DNA of 64,000 nt, taken from positions 20,587 through 84,586 of the forward strand of contig JAHDQN010000040.1 of NCBI GenBank assembly GCA_018433775.1, read 5' to 3'. The notes below the pieces were generated by a model. It was not told the DNA's origin and did not search any database. It worked only from the letters and a program-made list of their open reading frames with translations. Numbering within the stretch: the first letter of the stretch is position 1; each line of letters begins with the position of its first letter. Origin of the DNA: Deltaproteobacteria bacterium. Lineage in GTDB: Bacteria > Desulfobacterota > Desulfomonilia > UBA1062. A program made the position numbers and the translations under genes. Shown piece by piece: positions 1 through 10,794 of the stretch.

Positions 1-440
1 GAAGTTGAATCCAAATGCTCATTGATGCAATCCCATGTAGATTGGCTAAATAAAGGATCTCTTTCAGTAAGGATCAAAAAACCTTGGCCATACTTAATAT
101 GCCATTCCTCATATGAAACCTTGGATATTTTTTTGTGTAGAGTGGTTATAAATGCAATAGCAGTTCTCTCATCTGGACTGAAAATTGGGTGTTCTTTTCT
201 TATATATGGCTTTTCGCCAGGAGTGACAAAGGACCGCTCTTCCTGGGCTTCTTCATAACTTCTATAAATGTCAGCATGTTCAATCCAAATAAGTTTATCA
301 CCATCTTTTGCTATTGCATCAGGGGGATCAGGTTTTTCGATGACAATAAAATTAGTTGTATTCTTTGAATTATACCAGGCAAGGAAGCTATTAATAACCG
401 CATCCTCGTGAGCTCGCTGTATTTGTTCTCTTGGCTTCAT
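1..440 (-). CDS. Hypothetical cassette protein, truncated by the window edge (N-terminal 146 aa visible, starting MKPREQIQRAHEDAV)
   Basis: An ATG at 440-438 opens a frame that runs off position 1. The start lies 8 bp from attC1. No motif was recognised. Confidence 0.45.
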   Translation of the reverse strand, partial: MKPREQIQRAHEDAVINSFLAWYNSKNTTNFIVIEKPDPPDAIAKDGDKLIWIEHADIYRSYEEAQEERSFVTPGEKPYIRKEHPIFSPDERTAIAFITTLHKKISKVSYEEWHIKYGQGFLILTERDPLFSQSTWDCINEHLDST

Positions 441-447
441 CTTTTAT

Positions 448-507
448 TCCCAACGTGGGCATCAGCGGCGCGGCTCCGCCGCGTCCGCCTGGATGCCTTG
501 GTTGGAT
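448..507. repeat. attC site 1 (59-base element)
   Basis: The element reads TCCCAAC...cagcggcgcggctccgccgcgtccgcctg...GTTGGAT, with an internal imperfect hairpin. Confidence 0.6.
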
Positions 508-1208
508 GATCTCTTGCATGTTTGAGGGACAGGCAGAATAAATCCTAATAATGAACTCATAATCAAAACTGCTATCCAAAAGTATATTGACAGGTAGAAA
601 GACCTCATCCCCCATTTGCTTAACTCTCTAGATTTCAATAGAGCTTCTCTTTGTTCTAGTTCTTTGTTTGTGGGTATGTATAATTCAATATTACCACTCT
701 CTGTAATGTAATTTGATTGAACACCATCTTCATAGAACAAAATTCCCGCATAAAATTTGCTTATTTTTGATTTTGTATTAATTGAGTCATTTGTAGAATT
801 AATGCGTGATACGATGATATCACGAATTGTATCTGGAGTCCTGTGAGGCGCTATTTTTTTGAATGTTTGGTATCCAACGACACTCATAAATAAACAAGAT
901 ACGATTATAAAAACACCTACAGCTGAATATATAAGTCCCTTTAAGGTGTAGCCGCTCTTTCGAATATCTCGGATACCAACAATAATCATTGTTGCTACCG
1001 CTGTTGTTAGTGCAACATCGCGAAATACGCGGATAAGCCATTCAATGAGTGCAACTTCGTGCGAAGCACTAAAAGGATCAAAATCAATAAAAATTAGGTA
1101 GAAAAGGTCAACAAAAATATAAAATGCAAAACCTAAAGGGATGATCCATTCACTGATACTTGATGGCCATCGAAATATTTTACTTATTATTGACATACCT
1201 ATTTTCAT
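462..1208 (-). CDS. Cassette-encoded polytopic membrane protein of unknown function
   Basis: The 248-aa product has several hydrophobic helices. Its stop codon lies inside attC1. Its ATG overlaps the inverse core site of attC2. Confidence 0.55.
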   Translation of the reverse strand: MKIGMSIISKIFRWPSSISEWIIPLGFAFYIFVDLFYLIFIDFDPFSASHEVALIEWLIRVFRDVALTTAVATMIIVGIRDIRKSGYTLKGLIYSAVGVFIIVSCLFMSVVGYQTFKKIAPHRTPDTIRDIIVSRINSTNDSINTKSKISKFYAGILFYEDGVQSNYITESGNIELYIPTNKELEQREALLKSRELSKWGMRSFYLSIYFWIAVLIMSSLLGFILPVPQTCKRSSNQGIQADAAEPRR

Positions 1209-1263
1209 CCAACGTACCGATCACCGGCGGCTAAAAGCCGTCCGGTGCATTGGCTGGTTGGGC
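1207..1263. repeat. attC site 2
   Basis: The element reads ATCCAAC gtacc gatcaccggcggctaaaagccgtccggtgcatt ggct GGTTGGGC. It is nearly identical to attC4 in the central stem. Confidence 0.65.
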
Positions 1264-1326
1264 CTTTCGTGCATATATGCAAGGTAATTAATTATAACAT
1301 GCGGGGTTTTATTGCTGTATATAGCT

Positions 1327-2028
1327 TCATTCCTTTTGACTTCTTCTGCTATCTCTTCTGGCTTTTGCAAGTTTAAGCCTTGCTGGCTCGGTATATATTC
1401 TTTCTAGTAGCATAATAGTGAAATCAAGTAAGTCTTCAGCGTCCTCTCGTTTCAGTGTCCCTGCATGTGCACCATCGTTACCATCTTCACGCACACAAGC
1501 AGATAAATCACGTAAGCTCTCTGGAAGTATGCATTGATCAAACATCCATGGTAATCGCAATCCTAAATCACGACGAATACGTTTATTTAAGCCATTTGCA
1601 TCTTCTTCGGGAAGCATTCCCCTTGTAACAATGTCAATACACAAACGAAACATTGTACCAGCAGCATTATTACATCCAACAGCTAGACATGTTGCACCTT
1701 CACGAAAGACCTTTTCCACATCATCTGGTATGTGTTCCGGAGGCTCTGTTGTGGCAGTATCTTTTAAGCTTATGAATCCCTCAATATCAACATAAGTGTT
1801 CACTGCGCCTTTGAAACTTAATAAACCTTTTTCATGTACAAGCTTATAATTACCGTGAACATTTTCTGACAGAACAAATATTGTTGCCCGATGACAATGG
1901 CGACATTTACAGAAGGATTCATACCATTGCTGCCAGTCATATTTTACATACGTAACATGGGCTGCAATAATGTCGAAGGTAATCTTTTGTGCATGACATC
2001 GTGGACAATTTGCTACTAACTCAGCCAT
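1327..2028 (-). CDS. Cassette protein with an N-terminal CxxC...CxxC zinc-ribbon and a C-terminal helical domain resembling DUF4145 (R..GN..AH motif)
   Basis: The motifs are CPRCH...CKCRHCH at the N-terminus and ACVREDGNDGAHAG at the C-terminus. This is a domain guess from memory, not a search result. Confidence 0.5.
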   Translation of the reverse strand: MAELVANCPRCHAQKITFDIIAAHVTYVKYDWQQWYESFCKCRHCHRATIFVLSENVHGNYKLVHEKGLLSFKGAVNTYVDIEGFISLKDTATTEPPEHIPDDVEKVFREGATCLAVGCNNAAGTMFRLCIDIVTRGMLPEEDANGLNKRIRRDLGLRLPWMFDQCILPESLRDLSACVREDGNDGAHAGTLKREDAEDLLDFTIMLLERIYTEPARLKLAKARRDSRRSQKE

Positions 2029-2070
2029 AAAATATTATTCCTTTCACATAAAAAACATTTGTGACTTGAT

Positions 2071-2127
2071 GCCCAACGTAAGGGTCAGCCGCGCGCGTAG
2101 CGCGTCGGCTGCAACCTATGGTTAGGC
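2071..2127. repeat. attC site 3
   Basis: The element reads GCCCAAC gtaag ggtcagccgcgcgcgtagcgcgtcggctgcaacc tatg GTTAGGC. Confidence 0.65.
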
Positions 2128-2130
2128 GAT

Positions 2131-2985
2131 TTAACTAATTGTTAAATTTACTAATTCCTTAAAATCGCTTTCTCTTATTATGCGAAGATACTGCCCCTTT
2201 TTAATCAGCGATTCTGCTTTTCTGTGTTTGGAGCTTTTGTCATGGCCTGCAAGTTTTTTTACATCTTGATCCCCAACTACCAAAATAGTTGTATCCTTCC
2301 TAACCCCGTTAGCTACTGTGCAACCTATTTTTGAAGCCATATCAGCTGCTTCTCGCCGTGGAATATCAAGAGCACCGGTGAAAACTAAGACCTCACCAAA
2401 GAGATATCCCTCTGGATTACCTTCTCTTGAAATGCTGCTTGAAGGATCGATTGGTTGTTCGACACGTCTTAGCCAACCTTGTAAATCGATGCCCGTCTTA
2501 GCAATTGCAGCTAAAAGAATATGTGCAGCAGCTTTTGCATCTTCAAGGGCGTCATGATGCGCAAATTGGTATCCTAAGTTATTGCATACATTTGCAAGGC
2601 CGTACCCACTCCATGCAAATTGTTCCCATGTCCTGCGTGTTACGCGAGCAGAATCTAGCCAAGTACATGAAGGATTGCGAAGGTCATATTTTAAGCAAGC
2701 TTGTTGAATAGCCACTCGATCGAAATGGGTATGACAAACAACAATTCTACCATCTAAGTAATTGTATAAACGACTTGCAGCATCTGGCAGAGTGGGAGAG
2801 CCTTCTACTGTGGATTCATCGATTCCATGTATAGAAATGTTCATCCAATCGAAAAAATCCTCTGGATCGATATATGTCTTCCACTCTTCTTGCAACAATC
2901 CATTTTTGAAGACTGCAAGTCCTATTTGGCAGATTGAAGACATATCAGCATTAGCAGTTTCAAAGTCCAATGCTATAAAGTCCAT
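2131..2985 (-). CDS. DnaQ-like (DEDDh) 3'-5' exonuclease fused to a C-terminal BRCT domain
   Basis: Exonuclease I-III motifs are present: LDFETA, HGI and HHDALEDA. The C-terminal VFTGALD...ILVVGD region looks like BRCT. A GGAGG ribosome-binding site precedes the ATG. Confidence 0.7.
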   Translation of the reverse strand: MDFIALDFETANADMSSICQIGLAVFKNGLLQEEWKTYIDPEDFFDWMNISIHGIDESTVEGSPTLPDAASRLYNYLDGRIVVCHTHFDRVAIQQACLKYDLRNPSCTWLDSARVTRRTWEQFAWSGYGLANVCNNLGYQFAHHDALEDAKAAAHILLAAIAKTGIDLQGWLRRVEQPIDPSSSISREGNPEGYLFGEVLVFTGALDIPRREAADMASKIGCTVANGVRKDTTILVVGDQDVKKLAGHDKSSKHRKAESLIKKGQYLRIIRESDFKELVNLTIS

Positions 2986-2995
2986 AATGCCTCCT

Positions 2996-3052
2996 GCCTA
3001 ACGTGCAGATCACCGGCGGCTGAAAGCCGTCCGGTGCATTTGCGGGTTAGCC
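2996..3052. repeat. attC site 4
   Basis: The element reads GCCTAAC gtgca gatcaccggcggctgaaagccgtccggtgcatt tgcgg GTTAGCC. Confidence 0.65.
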
Positions 3053-3079
3053 AGCCTACCCATATAATTTTATCTGGCA

Positions 3080-3880
3080 TTACAGCGGAAGACAATAAAT
3101 TAGATCTGTATAGCATTTTTCAACCACATTTTTTGGAAAAGGTAAATGTTCGTAATCACTTCCAATTATCCCTTTATTCAAATTCATTTGGTTGTCACAA
3201 AGGATAATTATGTATTTACCAAGGGCTTTAGCATACGATGTCTCACTAAGAATCCACGAGGTGTCTCCGGGTGTAAAGATACAGATAAAAATATCTTGTG
3301 AATGTATTTTTTGGGCCACTTTATCTGGTATATTCTTTGTTTCATAACCACTTCCTTCTTTAACGTCGAATCCGAGACGTCTGAGAAAGGTGTTGAGTTT
3401 GCCTGAAACATCATTTCCGTATTCATCAAACCTATGTGCTAAAAAAATAGACTTCTTTAACCCATACTTTGATACTTTGGCTGAAACATCTTCGCCGGGA
3501 TTACTGGCTTGGAAAAATGATTTTACATGATCATGTATTGAGCTAATAATATCTAGATCATCTGATCTTACACATACTTCAAGACCTGACTTGCGAATAT
3601 TAATTATAGTTGAAAACCCAAGAGATGCATTTTTGCCCCAATAGTAATGTACATATATTGGCAAAGCATTGGGATAAGTTTCAAGCAAACGCATGAACTC
3701 CTGAAAATTTTCAGCGTGAAGTCTTCTGAATTCACCAATATGCAGACTTAAAGAATGTGAGTCTGATTTTGGTTCTTGTGGTTTATATTTATTGATCTTC
3801 AAGTATTCATCAAATTGCCTAAAGGATGATAGTATATCTAAATTACTTGGGTATACAGAATACTCTCTATCTTCTTGCAT
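3080..3880 (-). CDS. Cassette protein with a C-terminal TIR-like domain and an N-terminal domain of unknown function
   Basis: The C-terminal roughly 130 aa show the TIR pattern: IFLAHRFDE...FLRRLGFDV...IFICIFTPG..SWILSETSYAKALGK. Confidence 0.55.
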   Translation of the reverse strand: MQEDREYSVYPSNLDILSSFRQFDEYLKINKYKPQEPKSDSHSLSLHIGEFRRLHAENFQEFMRLLETYPNALPIYVHYYWGKNASLGFSTIINIRKSGLEVCVRSDDLDIISSIHDHVKSFFQASNPGEDVSAKVSKYGLKKSIFLAHRFDEYGNDVSGKLNTFLRRLGFDVKEGSGYETKNIPDKVAQKIHSQDIFICIFTPGDTSWILSETSYAKALGKYIIILCDNQMNLNKGIIGSDYEHLPFPKNVVEKCYTDLIYCLPL

Positions 3881-3922
3881 AAATACTGCCCCCTATGGCT
3901 AACAACTTCCTCTACTGCATAA

Positions 3923-3960
3923 TTGCAGCAAAAGTTGCTATATAGCAACTTTTGCTGCAA
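3923..3960. repeat. 38-bp perfect palindrome at the junction of the cassette array and the chromosome
   Basis: The sequence ttgcagcaaaagttgcta|tagcaacttttgctgcaa has 18-nt arms. It follows an imperfect inverse-core-like GGCTAAC at about 3897-3903. Confidence 0.6.
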
Positions 3961-4311
3961 CATTATGAATTACGAATATACCATGCTCCTCTTTTCGGAA
4001 GACCTTTCTCCTGGGGGGAGAGCTCGTGAGGGCCGTGCAGGAATCAGGGCAGACTCCGTCAGTAGAAGGTGAACGTGAAGATAGAAAATGGTCTCCTCTC
4101 ATTCATTTCATGCATCGACAAGGTCCGGCCGCCATTCCTGGCGTCCGGGCAATAACCTGTGAATACGATATCATTTTTTCCGCGACAAATCCAGATGAAA
4201 GTGAAAATGCTCAAGCCGCACGGGACTGCACCGTTCATGGCCCTGCCGCTCTGTACGGGCGGTCGAGCGGGCTGAACAGACCCCGCCGGGGTTTCCGGAG
4301 GCGTTACAGCC

Positions 4312-5946
<1,635 letters not shown>

Positions 5947-6089
5947 CTACCGTAGAGATCTGTGGGCCGTCAAGCCACGGACGCCCCGGGTTAACGCTCC
6001 AAGCCTGCACATAAATTCCATAACGACTCTCCCCAAAACTTCGTGCCCGTAATCGCAATCATGCAGTCAAAAAAAACTCTTGAAAACTG

Positions 6090-6122
6090 CTTGATATTTC
6101 GCATGCGCACTTACGGCAACAG
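6090..6122 (-). promoter_or_regulatory. Conserved promoter-like motif upstream of pyrG (copy 1 of 2). On the minus strand it reads TTGCCG-N17-TATCAA with a GTGCGCATGCGAAA spacer.
   Basis: Over about 35 bp it is nearly identical to 25588-25625. Confidence 0.4.
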
Positions 6123-6271
6123 ATACTGAGAAATCATCGCCTGTACCACACCGCGCGACACCTCCCGGAGGGGGAAAAATCCCTGGCAACAGCCCCCGCG
6201 CACCGACCTCCGGCATAAACCCAGAAAAAACATTCCCGGGCGGCGGCAGGCTGCATCCACGGGCCACGGTC

Positions 6272-9200
6272 TTATTGCCGTGCATACAGGTCCTGCAGCG
6301 ACGACACGCCGAAGCCGCCCGCCTGCAGGGACCTGACGGCCTCGAGGCTCGCCCGCGAGGCCGCGACGGTCGTGGCGTAGGGGACGCTGTAGCGGATGGC
6401 GCTGCGGCGAATGTGGTGCGCGTCCTGCGAGGGTTTTCTGCCGATGCTCGTGTTGATGATCAACTGGATCTCGCGGTTCTTGATGTGGTCGACCACGTTG
6501 GGCCGGCCCTCGCTCACCTTGAGCACCACCTCGGCGTCAACGCCGCTCGCCTGCAGGTGCCGCGCGGTGCCCCGGGTGGCGACGATGCGGAAGCCGAGCC
6601 CGGCAAAGCCCTTTGCCACTTCCGTGATCCGGGCCTTGTGCATGTCGTGGACGCTGACGAACACGGTCCCGGAGTCCGGAAGGCCCGAGCCGGCCGCGAT
6701 CTGCGACTTGGCGAAGGCGGCCCCGAACGAGAAGTCCACCCCCATAACCTCGCCCGTCGACTTCATCTCCGGGCCAAGCCCCACGTCCGCGTCGGGAAAG
6801 CGCTGGAACGGAAACACGGCCTCTTTCACCGAGACGTGGGCAGGCACGACCTGCTCGGTGAAACCGAGCTCTTCAAGCGTCCGGCCCAGCATGACCTTGG
6901 TGGCGATCCGGGCCAGGGGCCTGCCGATTGCCTTGCTCACGAAGGGCACGGTCCTCGACGCCCGGGGGTTCACCTCCAGCACGTACACCTCGCCGTCCTT
7001 GACGGCGTACTGGATGTTCATGAGCCCGACCACCCCGATCTCTTTGGCGATCAGCCGGGTCTGCTCCCTGATCGTCTCCCGTATCTTCTCCGGCAGGGTC
7101 GCGGGCGGCAGCACGCACGCGCTGTCTCCGGAGTGGATGCCCGCCTCCTCGATGTGCTCCATGATCCCGCCGATCACCGTGGTTTGGCCGTCGCAGACCG
7201 CGTCCACGTCGACCTCGACCGCGTCCTCCAGAAAGCGGTCGATGAGCACGGCGTTGCCCGGAAAGAGCTTGAACACGCCGGTGATGAAGGTCTTCAGGGC
7301 TTGAGCGTCGTAGATGATCTCCATGGAGCGGCCGCCCAGCACATACGAAGGCCTGACCAGCACCGGGAAGCCGATCCCATCGGCCGCGGCGAGGGCCTCG
7401 TCAACGGTGAAGGCGATGTCGCTCTGCGGCTGCCTGAGATCGAGCTTCTTCACGATCTCGTTGAACCGCTCCCGGTCCTCGGCCCGGTCGATGGCGTCGG
7501 GCTGGGTGCCCAGGATGGTCACGCCCTCGTTCCACAGGTCCCGGGCGAGGTTGAGCGGGGTCTGGCCCCCGAACTGCACGATCACGCCCTCCGGGCTCTC
7601 GGCCCTGATCACGTGCAGCACGTCCTCCAGGGTGAGCGGCTCGAAGTAGAGCTTGTCCGAGATGTCGTAGTCCGTGCTCACGGTCTCGGGGTTGGAGTTG
7701 ATCATGATGCTCTCATAGCCCATCTCGCGCAGCGCGAACGAGGCGTGCACGCAGCAGTAGTCGAATTCGATCCCCTGGCCGATCCGGTTGGGCCCGCCGC
7801 CGATGATCACCACCTTGGGCCGCCCGGACGGCCTTGTCTCGGTCTCGGTCTCGTAGGTGGAGTAGTAGTAGGGCGTATAGGCCTCGAATTCGGCGGCGCA
7901 GGTGTCCACGAGCTTGTACACCGGCACGATTCCCTCGCGGAAACGCAGCCCCCGCACCCCGTCTTCGCCCATGCCCCAGGCCTCGGCCAGGAAGCGGTCG
8001 GAAAAGCCCATCCGCTTGGCCTCTTCCAGCAGCTCTTTTGAGGGCTTGCTGTTTTTGAGCGTGCCCTCGAACTCCACCAGCTCGCCTATGTGATAAAGAA
8101 ACCAGGGGTCGATCCCGGTCATGGCGTGTATCTCGTCCATGCCCATCCCGCTCCTGAGCGCCTCTGCCAGCCAGAACAGCCGGGCCGAGTTGGGATAGGT
8201 GAGCCGCGAGACGATCTCCTTGCGGTCTGCGGCGGCGCCTGCCTCGACCGGGCTGTTCAGGCCGTACCTGCCGGTCTCGAGCGAGCGGAGTGCCTTGCCG
8301 AGCGCCTCCTTGAAGGTGCGGCCGATGGCCATGGTCTCGCCCACGGACTTCATCGAGGTGGTGAGCAGGTCAGGGGTCTCCGGAAACTTCTCGAAGGTCC
8401 AGCGGGGGATCTTGACCACGCAGTAGTCGATGGCCGGCTCGAACGAGGCACAGGTCTCGCGGGTGATGTCGTTGGGGATCTCGTCCAGGGTGTAGCCCAC
8501 GGCCAGCTTGGCAGCGATCTTGGCGATGGGGAAGCCCGTTGCCTTTGACGCCAGGGCCGACGAGCGCGACACCCGGGGGTTCATCTCGATCACCACGATG
8601 TCCCCGTTCTTCGGGTTGACCGCGAACTGGACGTTGGAGCCGCCCGTCTCAACGCCGATCTCGCGCATGACCGCGACCGCGGCGTTGCGCAGATCCTGGT
8701 ACTCCACGTCGGTCAGGGTCTGGGCCGGGGCCACGGTGATGGAGTCGCCCGTGTGCACGCCCATGGGGTCGAGGTTTTCGATGGAGCAGATGATCACCAC
8801 GTTGTCCGCCCGGTCGCGCATGACCTCGAGCTCGTACTCCTTCCATCCGATCACCGACTCCTCGAGCATGATCTCGGTGATCATGCTCGCGTCGAGCCCG
8901 GCCTTTGCCATGACCTCGAGTTCTTCGGGGTTGTAGGCGATCCCGCCGCCGATCCCGCCCAGGGTGAACGAGGGCCGGACGATGACGGGGAAGCCGATCC
9001 GGCGGGCGATGGCAAACACCTCGTCCATGTTCCGGGCAAACCCGCTCTCCGGGACGCGCAGGCCGATGTTTTCCATGGCATGCCTGAACTTCTCGCGGTC
9101 CTCGGCCTTGTGTATGACCTCGGGTGTGGCACCGATCATCTCTACGCCGTACCTGTCGAGCACCCCCATCTCGTGGACCTTTACCGACACGTTCAGGCCG

Positions 9201-9481
9201 GTCTGGCCGCCCAGGGTCGGGAGTATGGCGTCGGGACGCTCCAGCTCGATTATCCTGGCCACCACCTCGGGCGTTATGGGCTCGATGTAGGTCCTGTCAG
9301 CGAGCTCCGGATCGGTCATGATGGTGGCCGGGTTCGAGTTGATGAGCACGACCCGGCAGCCCTCTTCCTTCAGGGCCTTGCAGGCCTGGACGCCCGAGTA
9401 GTCGAACTCGCACGCCTGGGAGATGACAATGGGTCCTGACCCGATGATGAGTATATTCTTCAGATCATTTCGTCGCGGCAT
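6272..9481 (-). CDS. carB: Carbamoyl-phosphate synthase large subunit
   Basis: The 1069-aa product has duplicated ATP-grasp halves and an MGS-like C-terminus. Confidence 0.95.
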   Translation of the reverse strand: MPRRNDLKNILIIGSGPIVISQACEFDYSGVQACKALKEEGCRVVLINSNPATIMTDPELADRTYIEPITPEVVARIIELERPDAILPTLGGQTGLNVSVKVHEMGVLDRYGVEMIGATPEVIHKAEDREKFRHAMENIGLRVPESGFARNMDEVFAIARRIGFPVIVRPSFTLGGIGGGIAYNPEELEVMAKAGLDASMITEIMLEESVIGWKEYELEVMRDRADNVVIICSIENLDPMGVHTGDSITVAPAQTLTDVEYQDLRNAAVAVMREIGVETGGSNVQFAVNPKNGDIVVIEMNPRVSRSSALASKATGFPIAKIAAKLAVGYTLDEIPNDITRETCASFEPAIDYCVVKIPRWTFEKFPETPDLLTTSMKSVGETMAIGRTFKEALGKALRSLETGRYGLNSPVEAGAAADRKEIVSRLTYPNSARLFWLAEALRSGMGMDEIHAMTGIDPWFLYHIGELVEFEGTLKNSKPSKELLEEAKRMGFSDRFLAEAWGMGEDGVRGLRFREGIVPVYKLVDTCAAEFEAYTPYYYSTYETETETRPSGRPKVVIIGGGPNRIGQGIEFDYCCVHASFALREMGYESIMINSNPETVSTDYDISDKLYFEPLTLEDVLHVIRAESPEGVIVQFGGQTPLNLARDLWNEGVTILGTQPDAIDRAEDRERFNEIVKKLDLRQPQSDIAFTVDEALAAADGIGFPVLVRPSYVLGGRSMEIIYDAQALKTFITGVFKLFPGNAVLIDRFLEDAVEVDVDAVCDGQTTVIGGIMEHIEEAGIHSGDSACVLPPATLPEKIRETIREQTRLIAKEIGVVGLMNIQYAVKDGEVYVLEVNPRASRTVPFVSKAIGRPLARIATKVMLGRTLEELGFTEQVVPAHVSVKEAVFPFQRFPDADVGLGPEMKSTGEVMGVDFSFGAAFAKSQIAAGSGLPDSGTVFVSVHDMHKARITEVAKGFAGLGFRIVATRGTARHLQASGVDAEVVLKVSEGRPNVVDHIKNREIQLIINTSIGRKPSQDAHHIRRSAIRYSVPYATTVAASRASLEAVRSLQAGGFGVSSLQDLYARQ

Positions 9482-9758
9482 GGTTTCCTTTTTTCTTGTG
9501 CGGTGAATTATCGCAAGTCGCAGATCAATGTCTCGTGCGGCATATCACGGCTGCACGTCCACTGTCTTCTCCTTTGTGGCGGCGATCGTCGTGCACCGGA
9601 CTCGAGTATCCTCTCTTGACGCAAGGCCTTAAACCGGCGTGCGCGATCTTCTTCAGGCAGGCAATGCCGTGAACAGACTCAGCGCCCGGACCGGGTGCTT
9701 GAGGAGACCGGCCGGGCAGCAGCCGCCCGAACAGGCATGCCTGCAGAATCGGGCCCTG

Positions 9759-10751
9759 TTATGCGCTCAGCTTCGACCCCGCGGGTGCCGGCACGTCGAC
9801 TTCCCTGATCCTGATGCCTCTGGCTTTGAGGGCCTGCCGGCCGGCCAGCAGGTCCCTGCCGGCGATCTTGTCGAGCACATAGATCAGGTTGCCGCCGCGC
9901 TCGGCGTATATCTGCCCGTACGAGATCGGGATCTCAGGGGAGGGGTCGTCGAGAATCGAGCGGGTGATCGGTTCGAGCTTGCGCTCGCCGTTGGCAAGGA
10001 GCATGACGGTCTTTGCCTTGTACACGAGCTCGGCCCCCATCGAGACGGCATACCGGGGAGAGTCTTTCTCGGTGGCGAAATGGCCGTCGGCCACCGCGTT
10101 GGCGACCGTGTTGCCGTCGAGCTTCACGAGCAGGACATTGCTTCCCTTAAAGGGGATGCCCGACTCATGGAAGGCCACGTGGCCCCTGCCGCCCACGCCG
10201 ATGACCTGCAGGTCGATGCCTCCGGCCTTGCGGATCTTGCGGGCATAGCCGTCCAGGATCTCTTTCCTGATCCACCCCAAATATGCGGAGTCCGGGTTGC
10301 TCCGGATGGCAACCGACTTCCCCTTGTCGGTCCCCCTCTCCTCCCAGTCCTGCGGGTTTGCCTTGAGCTCGGCCACGAGCTTTTTCTGCTCGATCAGCGC
10401 GCCGTAGGGCACGTTGGTCTCGATGAACTTGCCCTTGAGAAGGCTGAAGAACTCCTGAATCATAAAAAATGCATAGCTCTCGGGGTGCATGACGCGGAGC
10501 TGGGCGTTCTCGCCCGGCAGGCCCACGTACTCGTCCAGGTTGAAGCTCCGGCAGCGTTTCGAGTCGAACTCGCCCTGGTTCGCCGCCTGTGCGAGATGCT
10601 TGTAGAGCCCTGTGGGCGAGTTGCCCGTCGCAAGCCCCAGCACGGCCTCCTGCTTCTGTTTCAGCACCTGCTGGATTTTATCCTTGGCAATGTCCGCGGC
10701 AACCTCGCTCATCGAGGCAAAATCATCAGTTACGAAAATCTCGATTCCCAT
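9759..10751 (-). CDS. Glucosamine-6-phosphate deaminase / 6-phosphogluconolactonase family protein (NagB-like)
   Basis: The GLATGNSP motif and a Rossmann-like sugar-phosphate isomerase fold are present. The product is longer than a canonical NagB. Confidence 0.55.
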   Translation of the reverse strand: MGIEIFVTDDFASMSEVAADIAKDKIQQVLKQKQEAVLGLATGNSPTGLYKHLAQAANQGEFDSKRCRSFNLDEYVGLPGENAQLRVMHPESYAFFMIQEFFSLLKGKFIETNVPYGALIEQKKLVAELKANPQDWEERGTDKGKSVAIRSNPDSAYLGWIRKEILDGYARKIRKAGGIDLQVIGVGGRGHVAFHESGIPFKGSNVLLVKLDGNTVANAVADGHFATEKDSPRYAVSMGAELVYKAKTVMLLANGERKLEPITRSILDDPSPEIPISYGQIYAERGGNLIYVLDKIAGRDLLAGRQALKARGIRIREVDVPAPAGSKLSA

Positions 10752-10794
10752 GGATCTCTCTCTCCTCTCTCGATCTTTCCTGATGTTCCGCGGA

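Larger units (their letters stand above)
1..3905 (-). mobile_element. Integron-type gene-cassette array: five ORFs separated by four attC-like sites, AT-rich, with no intI or attI in the window (CALIN-like or the distal part of an array that continues off the left edge)
   Basis: There are four 57-60 bp imperfect palindromes. Each starts RYYYAAC and ends GTTRRRY. Neighbouring sites have exactly complementary ends: GTTGGAT/ATCCAAC, GTTGGGC/GCCCAAC and GTTAGGC/GCCTAAC. All cassette ORFs are on the same strand. There is a sharp GC drop relative to the rest of the window. Confidence 0.7.

Noticed and set aside
391-615. 74-aa ORF across attC1, and the 78-aa plus-strand ORF at 22..258
   Set aside because: They overlap the attC structure or the better-supported minus-strand cassette ORFs and have no start context.
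6275-8041. 588-aa plus-strand ORF, and many other 60-400 aa ORFs antisense to carB, pyrG, the glmS-like gene, carA, glnA, the GOGAT genes and others
   Set aside because: They lie antisense to or overlap strongly supported genes in GC-rich DNA. Their composition is Arg/Ala/Pro/Gly-rich and low-complexity. They are typical high-GC antisense artefacts.
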